Source: a virus (taxonomy: Duplodnaviria; Heunggongvirae; Uroviricota; Caudoviricetes). From it: a stretch of DNA of 4,867 nt. The stretch lies in the IMG/VR virus record IMGVR_UViG_2582580933_000010, positions 1 to 4,867 of that record; one strand, 5' to 3'. Below, in pieces: positions 1 to 4,867 of the stretch (its first letter is position 1; each line of letters opens with the position of its first letter). The notes beneath the pieces were generated by a model. That model did no database searches. It worked only from the letters and a program-made list of their open reading frames with translations, and was not told the origin of the DNA. The translations under genes and the position numbers were made by a program.

Positions 1-2165
1 GGCGTCAGCTCAATCCGCGACGGTGCTGCCGGTGCGGCAATCCGGAAGGTGGTGGTGGCAGGTTCACCCTGCTGGCCATAGCTGTTTATCGCCCGCACCG
101 TCAGGGTGTATTCCCCGAGCGGCAGGCCGCTGAAACGGTGCTCCGTGTCTGCGGTGATGGCGGTGGTCACCAGTCTGGCATCCGTTCCCTTACCACTGGT
201 CAGGCGCAGACTGAAGCGCACACCCTTCACCACCCGCGGCGTGTCCCATTTCGCCTGCGCCAGATACTGGCCGTCAGCTGCGCTCACCTCCACCGTCAGG
301 TGCTGCACTGCCGGTGGGATGACGCTGTTCAGGGAACCTGACTGCGGCTCAAAGCGGGCACCGTTATCCACGATGGCTTCTTTTTCCGGTACGTGCTGCA
401 CCGCCGTGATGGCAAAGGTGCCGTCCGTGTTTTCCCGGACGGAGACACAGCGGAACAGGCGACGGCGCAGTGACGGCAGGGAGAGTCCCCACACCCCGTA
501 TGTCTCCACACCATCAGGCAGGGTGCTGACCTGTATCCGGTCCGGCGCGGGGTGTTCGGTGATGTCCACACTCACCGGCTTACCGCTGCCGTTAATCAGG
601 TTCACCGTGGCGGCACCGGTCTCCGGAAGTGTCACTTCACGGTCCAGCGTCAGGGTGCGGGTGGCAGCATCAATGGACAGGACACGTCCGCCGGTCAGGG
701 TCCCGGCATAGTCGTTATCACAGATTTCAATGATGTCACCGGGTGTGTGCCGCAGCCCCTGAGACCCGAGCGTGAAATCCACCGTCTGCGTTTCCAGCAG
801 TCCGGTCTTTATCACCCACAGTCCGGCACGGTGGGCCTGACCGCGGCTGGTACAGCCGAACGCGTCCATCTTCAGCAGATTGCGCCCGTAGCGCAGTATG
901 GCTTCCGGGTCTTCCACCAGTTCCGTGGAGGTCTGCCAGCCGTTCTGCGGGTCGGTGTAATTCACCTCCACCGCCGTGTGCCGGTCCTTCAGGGCACTGA
1001 AGCTGTAGCGGAATCCCACGCCGTTATCATCCACCACCACATCGCTGTTGGTGTACGGCCACACCACATCCGACGGGCGGTCCTGAACGAACGTCAGCGT
1101 CTGGCCGTTCCATACCGGCATACAGCGCATCGCCGAGCAGAAATCACTGAGAACATCCCACGCCTTACGCTGTTGTGCCAGGTACGCATTGAAGGTCATC
1201 CGCGGCTCGGTGCCCCCGAAGCCATCCGGCACCATCTGGTCGCAGTACTGCCCGATGGCATACAGCGCCCACTTGTCCACATCCGCCGCCCCCAGACGTT
1301 TTCCCATGCCGTAGCGCGGGTGAGTCAGCATGTCCCACAGACACCAGGCCGGATTGTTGCTGTATGCCGGTTTCAGACTGCCGTCCCAGATACCACTGTA
1401 CGTGCGTTTTTCCGGGTCATAGTTTGACGGCACCTGGATGATGCGACCGCGGATATGGTAGTTCACCGTCATCTGCTGACCACCAAACTGCTCCGCATCC
1501 ACCTGCATCCCCACAATGGCCGTGTTCGGGTAGCACTGTTTCACATCGATGATTTCGGTGTATGACGACCACAGCGTTCTGTTCTGCAGCTGGTCCGTGG
1601 TGCTGTCCGCCGTCTCCCTGACCATCCGGATGTTAAAGGGGCGGGGAGGCAGATTATCCAGAATCACCGACGCCAGAAACTGCGAGGTGGTCTTGCCGTT
1701 AATGGTGACATCCTTTTCCGTCACCCAGTTACCGTTACGCTGTAACTGAATCAGCAGTCGGACAGAAGAGGGATTACGGTCGCCCTTTGAGGTGGTCTCC
1801 AACAGTGACTGCACCCCGAAGGTGACCCGCAGGCGGTCAATGTTCGCGGACGTAATGGTGCGCGTCACCGGCTTTGCCTTCGTCACTTCCACGCCCAGTG
1901 CGGTTTCCGCCCCGGAGGACTCAAAGCCTTCAGGTGGTGTCTGCTCCTGCTCCCCGGCGCGCCAGACCGCTGTCACACCATGTATCACAGGATTACCGTC
2001 CGTGTCCGTCAGCGGGGTTTTGTTCACCAGGATACTCTGCAGCCCCTTCACCGGACCTTCAATCGGCCCTTCACCAATCGCATCAATCACGCTCATCATC
2101 TGCGTGGACTTAAGATTGTCCTTTGCCTCAACCGGCGTGTGCGCCTTGCCGCCACCTTTGCCCAT
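1..2165 (-). CDS. J: Central tail fibre / host specificity protein J, N-terminal ~721 codons; 3' end lies beyond the window start
   Basis: ATG at 2165..2163 with SD-like AGGGTGAG at 2176..2169. Hand translation from the start gives MGKGGGKAHTPVEAKDNLKSTQMMSVIDAIGEGPIEGPVKGLQSILVNKTPLTDTDGNPV, closely matching the lambda gpJ N-terminus as I recall it. Around 1260..1349 it reads AWCLWDMLTHPRYGMGKRLGAADVDKWALY, and at 3..80 it reads YGQQGEPATTTFRIAAPAAPSRIELT, both matching remembered gpJ segments. The frame (codons at 3k..3k+2) is the same at all three points, and the track shows no minus ORF ending at 2165, so the frame is open to the window edge. Confidence 0.95.
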   Translation of the reverse strand, partial: MGKGGGKAHTPVEAKDNLKSTQMMSVIDAIGEGPIEGPVKGLQSILVNKTPLTDTDGNPVIHGVTAVWRAGEQEQTPPEGFESSGAETALGVEVTKAKPVTRTITSANIDRLRVTFGVQSLLETTSKGDRNPSSVRLLIQLQRNGNWVTEKDVTINGKTTSQFLASVILDNLPPRPFNIRMVRETADSTTDQLQNRTLWSSYTEIIDVKQCYPNTAIVGMQVDAEQFGGQQMTVNYHIRGRIIQVPSNYDPEKRTYSGIWDGSLKPAYSNNPAWCLWDMLTHPRYGMGKRLGAADVDKWALYAIGQYCDQMVPDGFGGTEPRMTFNAYLAQQRKAWDVLSDFCSAMRCMPVWNGQTLTFVQDRPSDVVWPYTNSDVVVDDNGVGFRYSFSALKDRHTAVEVNYTDPQNGWQTSTELVEDPEAILRYGRNLLKMDAFGCTSRGQAHRAGLWVIKTGLLETQTVDFTLGSQGLRHTPGDIIEICDNDYAGTLTGGRVLSIDAATRTLTLDREVTLPETGAATVNLINGSGKPVSVDITEHPAPDRIQVSTLPDGVETYGVWGLSLPSLRRRLFRCVSVRENTDGTFAITAVQHVPEKEAIVDNGARFEPQSGSLNSVIPPAVQHLTVEVSAADGQYLAQAKWDTPRVVKGVRFSLRLTSGKGTDARLVTTAITADTEHRFSGLPLGEYTLTVRAINSYGQQGEPATTTFRIAAPAAPSRIELT

Positions 2166-2196
2166 TGTCTCACCCTTTACTGTGATAACTGTTACG

Positions 2197-2230
2197 CACA
2201 AAAACAACAGGCATCCCGGAGGATGCCTGT
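2197..2230 (-). terminator. Candidate rho-independent terminator, minus-strand oriented, 32 nt upstream of the J start codon
   Basis: Perfect 10-bp stem (2207..2216 pairs with 2221..2230, plus-strand arms ACAGGCATCC / GGATGCCTGT) with 4-nt loop 2217..2220. On the minus strand it is followed immediately by UGUUUUUGUG (2206..2197). No such run follows it on the plus strand, so the orientation is minus. Confidence 0.5.
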
Positions 2231-2363
2231 ATCATGACTGAATAAAAATTCTGAATATCTTCACATTTTCTGTACGCCCCCGTGGCAGATATCATTCCCG
2301 GGCGTTACAGTTTTTTCGGGCCAATAAAAACAAAACTCCCTGTGGTTAATCTTCATTTTCTGT

Positions 2364-2396
2364 TCCCGCAGCCTTCGGTCACTGCGGGATTTTTTC
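2364..2396 (+). terminator. Candidate rho-independent terminator, plus-strand oriented, convergent on the tail operon just beyond the I stop codon
   Basis: 8-bp stem (2364..2371 TCCCGCAG pairs with 2382..2389 CTGCGGGA, 6 G:C pairs), 10-nt loop, followed directly by TTTTTT at 2390..2395. On the minus strand the hairpin is preceded by A6 and not followed by a U-run, so the terminator polarity is plus. Confidence 0.55.
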
Positions 2397-2400
2397 GCTT

Positions 2401-3081
2401 TTATGCCTGCCGCCCGATAACCACCACCTTCCCGTCACCGCCTTCATCACGGGTACTGATGTCCTGGGAGATTCGCCGTGAGCCAACCAGCATTTCACCG
2501 TAAGGCACCGGCATCGGGTTCCCCTGGGCAATCATGTTATCCAGCGACGAAAAGTACGTGTTCTGTTTACCGTTATCCGTTGCCCTGTATTCCGGTGTTT
2601 TTGGCTTCGGGGCCAGCATCTGTGCCACACCACCCAGTATCATGCTGGCACCCAGTGAAAACAGCATCGTGGTGGCAGAAAAACCGCCGGCTGCCAGGGC
2701 TGAACCCCATAACGCCATTGATGCCCCGGCAGTGAAGAACGACCCCACGATGGCCGCCGCCCCCAGCACAATCTGCAGTCCACCTTTTCCGGCCCCGGCC
2801 AGTCGCGGCACAATATGGATGACCGCCCCCTCACCCAGAGGTTCGTGAAGACGGGCGTACACCGCCTCCGGTGCCGTGTCCTCACCGCGAATACGTATCT
2901 GGTACCAGCCTTCGTTCATCTGACGGCGGAATCCCGGCACCTGTAACGACAGCGCCCGGATGGCTTCCGCTGCCGTGTTCACATACAGGCTGAGGCGGCG
3001 GCCAAATCGTTGCAAATCCCCGTGAAGGCAGATGCGTGCCAGTGGCGGTGACGCCAGACAGAATGCGTTCGTCGTTGCCAT
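2401..3081 (-). CDS. I: Tail tip assembly protein I (lambda gpI family; ubiquitin-like N-terminal domain per published family analysis, hydrophobic Gly/Ala-rich C-terminal half)
   Basis: 226-aa ORF in the track, ATG 3081..3079, stop TAA 2403..2401. SD-like GGAGAGG at 3099..3093, 11 nt before the ATG. It sits between K and J as in lambda and overlaps the 3' end of K by 103 nt in another frame. Residues ~101-158 form a long Gly/Ala/Ser-rich hydrophobic segment. Confidence 0.9.
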   Translation of the reverse strand: MATTNAFCLASPPLARICLHGDLQRFGRRLSLYVNTAAEAIRALSLQVPGFRRQMNEGWYQIRIRGEDTAPEAVYARLHEPLGEGAVIHIVPRLAGAGKGGLQIVLGAAAIVGSFFTAGASMALWGSALAAGGFSATTMLFSLGASMILGGVAQMLAPKPKTPEYRATDNGKQNTYFSSLDNMIAQGNPMPVPYGEMLVGSRRISQDISTRDEGGDGKVVVIGRQA

Positions 3082-3722
3082 TTTTCGGAATACCTCTCCC
3101 GTTTACTCAGTTGTTCAGGCAGATGGTGAAGCAGTTCACCGTTGCCGCAGTAAATGGCGGCATGATTGGCCACCGATGCGCCAAAGCAGCACAGCAGGAT
3201 ATCGCCCGCCTGTGCAGAGGACAGGGGCACCCGGTAAAAGCCGGTGACCGCCATATTGTCCAGGTAAAGGTTCTGACCGTTGCGCCACCAGTCATCCTCA
3301 CGCTCAAAATCCGGCATATCAATTCCCGCCAGATGGTATGCATCCCGGAACAGCGTGTAACAGTCCGTCACCCCGTGCTCAAAGCGCCGTCCTGTCAGAT
3401 GTGGCACACAGCGGAATTTATGAATTTCCCCCCGGCAGACCAGCCACCAGGACAGTGCACTTTTTATCTGCAGCCGCCGGTCGGCCTCGCTCAGCCAGGG
3501 CAGGCCACCGGGATGGCTGTGGACCAGTGCCACAATCTCCCCCTGCATCTCTGCCCGCAGCCAGTCTTCCGGTGCAATACGAAAATACGCCTCCGGCTCT
3601 GCAGAGATATTCACACAAGGGATATACCGCTCCCCCTCCGGCGTTCTCACCACGAAGCCGCACGACTCCGCAGGCGCACACCGCCGGGCATGCGCCAGAA
3701 TCGCTGATTCAGTCTGTGTCAT
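2979..3722 (-). CDS. K: Tail tip assembly protein K (lambda gpK family): N-terminal JAB/MPN (JAMM) metalloprotease-like domain fused to C-terminal NlpC/P60 cysteine peptidase-like domain
   Basis: Internal ATG at 3722..3720 of the 334-aa track ORF gives a 247-aa product starting MTQTESAILAHARRCAPAESCGFVV. JAMM signature is visible: E19 (AESCG), then H68-S-H70-x7-S78-x2-D81 (HSHPGGLPWLSEAD). NlpC/P60-like triad candidates are C121 (VTDCYTLF), H187 (ANHAAIY) and H199/H200 (GELLHH). The start lies 10 nt after the L stop with no clear SD, so it is probably translationally coupled. The 87 upstream in-frame codons overlap L out of frame and are not counted as coding. Confidence 0.85.
   Translation of the reverse strand: MTQTESAILAHARRCAPAESCGFVVRTPEGERYIPCVNISAEPEAYFRIAPEDWLRAEMQGEIVALVHSHPGGLPWLSEADRRLQIKSALSWWLVCRGEIHKFRCVPHLTGRRFEHGVTDCYTLFRDAYHLAGIDMPDFEREDDWWRNGQNLYLDNMAVTGFYRVPLSSAQAGDILLCCFGASVANHAAIYCGNGELLHHLPEQLSKRERYSEKWQRRTHSVWRHRHWHASAFTGICNDLAAASACM
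3093..3099 (-). promoter_or_regulatory. Shine-Dalgarno-like element for I, embedded in the 3' end of K
   Basis: Minus-strand GGAGAGG, 11 nt upstream of the I ATG at 3081. Confidence 0.45.
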
Positions 3723-3732
3723 AAACCGGGAT

Positions 3733-4431
3733 TTACTGCGAAAGTTTATTAATGGAAAGGAAACCGCCAAAATTAGCCACCATGCCGCGCATCTCACACC
3801 CGCGCATGCACTTGCTGCATCTGTCCTTACGGATATCGGTGGTGGGTTTATCGAACTCATCCGCCACAGCCCCGCCCGTGTAACCACACTCATCAGAGCG
3901 GTAGGTCCACATACAGGTATTCGCCAGCATAATGCGACCGGGAAACAGCGCTCCGTCCGTCTCCGTCGGTGTTGCCAGCACAAACGAGGCTGTCATGGCC
4001 GTCAGCTCTGACATCTGCTCCACCACCCACCGGTCCGTCAGCTCCTGCTCAGGGTCTGCCTCAGGATTGCCTGCCACAAAATTCACCGCATCCAGAAAAC
4101 GGGCATACACCCGGCGGCGGACCACCGTGGCCCCCACCAGGCTCTGCAGGTCCTCCGCCATCCCGGTGACCAGACCAAACAGATTCGACACCGTCAGCGA
4201 CGGTCTGGCACTGCTGCCCTTCCCGTTCATCTCAAAGCCACTGCCGTCAATCGGGTATGCCTGATATTGCCGCCCCTGCCAGGTAACCGCCTCCCCTTTT
4301 TCATTCAGCTCATTGCAGAAAAAATACCGCTCACCACCCTGTACCGTCAGGTCGATTTCCCAGAGTACCACCCGCGGTGACTGCTCTGATTTAACCGACT
4401 CGTTCAGACTTTCTTCGTGAATATCCTGCAT
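3733..4431 (-). CDS. L: Minor tail protein L (lambda gpL family; tail tip complex, C-terminal cysteine cluster)
   Basis: 232-aa ORF, ATG 4431..4429 sharing one nucleotide with the M stop (minus strand AAC-TGA-TGC-AGG), stop TAA 3735..3733. The sequence MQDIHEESLNE...FGGFLSINKLSQ matches lambda gpL as I recall it. Cysteines at 173, 182, 205, 208 and 212 form a C-terminal cluster. Confidence 0.95.
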   Translation of the reverse strand: MQDIHEESLNESVKSEQSPRVVLWEIDLTVQGGERYFFCNELNEKGEAVTWQGRQYQAYPIDGSGFEMNGKGSSARPSLTVSNLFGLVTGMAEDLQSLVGATVVRRRVYARFLDAVNFVAGNPEADPEQELTDRWVVEQMSELTAMTASFVLATPTETDGALFPGRIMLANTCMWTYRSDECGYTGGAVADEFDKPTTDIRKDRCSKCMRGCEMRGMVANFGGFLSINKLSQ

Positions 4432-4760
4432 CAGTTCACCACCTGCTTAAACTCCGCGCTGAACTCAACGCGCAACATCCCGACCCGCGCAGACCACCCG
4501 GCACAGGTCACCTTTATCTGCCGGTATGCATAGGGTGGCTTCCACAAAAATGCCTTCCAGCCTCCGTGCTCTGCCAGGAACGCTTCCAGATGCCGGGCCT
4601 CCTCCCGGGTCACGGAAAGCGTCACACGGTATGTTTTCAGGTCAGCATTCAGCCCTGCCGCCATACGCTGTGAGTACCCGTCACCAAAACGCACTTCACG
4701 CACCGATGGCTGCGAGTTCACCTCCATATCCGGCTTCACTTTCCAGCGAAAGGTTTTCAT
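4431..4760 (-). CDS. M: Minor tail protein M (lambda gpM family)
   Basis: 109-aa ORF, ATG 4760..4758 preceded by SD GGGAG (4772..4768, 7-nt spacing), stop TGA 4433..4431. The sequence MKTFRWKVKPDMEVNSQPSVREVRFGDGYSQR...MLRVEFSAEFKQVVN closely matches lambda gpM as I recall it. Confidence 0.95.
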   Translation of the reverse strand: MKTFRWKVKPDMEVNSQPSVREVRFGDGYSQRMAAGLNADLKTYRVTLSVTREEARHLEAFLAEHGGWKAFLWKPPYAYRQIKVTCAGWSARVGMLRVEFSAEFKQVVN

Positions 4761-4867
4761 CGTCCGCTCCCTGATAACATACCGCCATCACGCAACTGCA
4801 GCCGGAGTTCATCCTGCGCCCCCTTGCGGGCCATGTCATACACTGCCTTCATCATCTGTGGACCTGG
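4757..4867 (-). CDS. H: 3' end of the upstream tail gene, most likely tape measure protein H (C-terminal 36 codons plus stop; 5' end beyond the window)
   Basis: The minus-strand frame is open from the window edge to TGA at 4759..4757 and translates as PGPQMMKAVYDMARKGAQDELRLQLRDGGMLSGSGR*. The stop overlaps the M start as ATGA, the same H/M junction geometry I recall in lambda. The assignment rests on synteny; the fragment is too short to recognise by sequence alone. Confidence 0.55.
   Translation of the reverse strand, partial: PGPQMMKAVYDMARKGAQDELRLQLRDGGMLSGSGR
4768..4772 (-). promoter_or_regulatory. Shine-Dalgarno element for M
   Basis: Minus-strand GGGAG, 7 nt upstream of the M ATG, lying inside the last codons of the upstream H reading frame. 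Confidence 0.5.

Noticed and set aside
329-571. 80-aa minus-strand ORF
   Set aside because: It is out of frame inside J on the same strand, so it is an alternative-frame artefact.
552-1427. 291-aa plus-strand ORF, together with other plus-strand ORFs at 106..711, 138..341, 1549..1749, 1792..2241, 1874..2113 and 1980..2237
   Set aside because: All lie antisense to J, whose minus-strand frame I verified at three separate points. The 552..1427 ORF is in exact codon register with J, where antisense stops correspond to sense TTA, CTA and TCA codons, which are rare in this GC-rich gene. Long antisense ORFs are therefore expected by chance, and none has a convincing start context.
2297-2322. Possible short hairpin CCCG...CGGG around a T6 run
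   Set aside because: It has only a 4-bp stem with a 16-nt loop, too weak to call as a structured element.
2282-2503. 73-aa plus-strand ORF with a non-ATG (GTG) start spanning the spacer
   Set aside because: It reads straight through the 2364..2396 hairpin and T-run and continues antisense into I, with no SD. The related overlapping ORFs 2478..2735, 2534..2848 and 2640..2885 are likewise out of frame or antisense relative to I.
3036-3724. Plus-strand ORFs 3036..3707 (223 aa), 3032..3247 and 3338..3724, and the minus ORFs 3107..3343 and 3418..3681
   Set aside because: They are antisense to, or out of frame within, K and I, and are explained by GC-rich codon usage. There is no independent support for any of them.
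3723-3983. N-terminal extension of the 334-aa minus ORF upstream of the K start
   Set aside because: These 87 in-frame codons overlap the 3' part of L out of frame. The recognisable K sequence begins at the internal ATG at 3722, right after the L stop, so the extension is an open frame, not coding.
3932-4264. Plus-strand ORFs 3932..4264 and 3969..4169, and 4526..4774
   Set aside because: They are antisense to L and to M respectively, both of which are strongly supported.
1-4867. Elevated GC content of the whole window as a sign of foreign or unusual origin
   Set aside because: The structural (left-arm) genes of lambda-like phages are GC-rich relative to the rest of the genome, so high GC across J-I-K-L-M is expected and not anomalous.
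1-4867. CRISPR array, tRNA, integrase or transposase, or defence-system genes
   Set aside because: I found no direct-repeat/spacer periodicity and no tRNA-like cloverleaf candidates, and every substantial ORF is accounted for by tail genes.

Overview
The window is a lambda-like (lambdoid siphovirus) tail-tip assembly module, entirely on the minus strand and in lambda gene order: 3' end of the tape-measure gene H (4757..4867), M (4431..4760), L (3733..4431), K (2979..3722), I (2401..3081), and the first ~721 codons of the central tail fibre / host-specificity gene J (1..2165, running off the window). J is absent from the ORF track only because its frame has no stop inside the window; I confirmed it by hand-translating three separate stretches. 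Junction geometry matches what I recall for lambda: H/M overlap as ATGA, M/L share 1 nt (TGATG), K/I overlap by 103 nt in different frames. All plus-strand ORFs in the track are antisense to these genes and are treated as artefacts. The only non-coding stretch of note is the I-J spacer (2166..2400, 235 bp, AT-rich), much longer than the ~60 bp I recall in lambda. It carries two opposed intrinsic-terminator-like hairpins, one plus-oriented next to the I stop and one minus-oriented 32 nt upstream of the J start, flanking ~135 bp that could hold a small transcript or moron remnant. I see no CRISPR array, tRNA, integrase, transposase or defence-system signature; the spacer is the only candidate for something undescribed, and the evidence for it is structural only.
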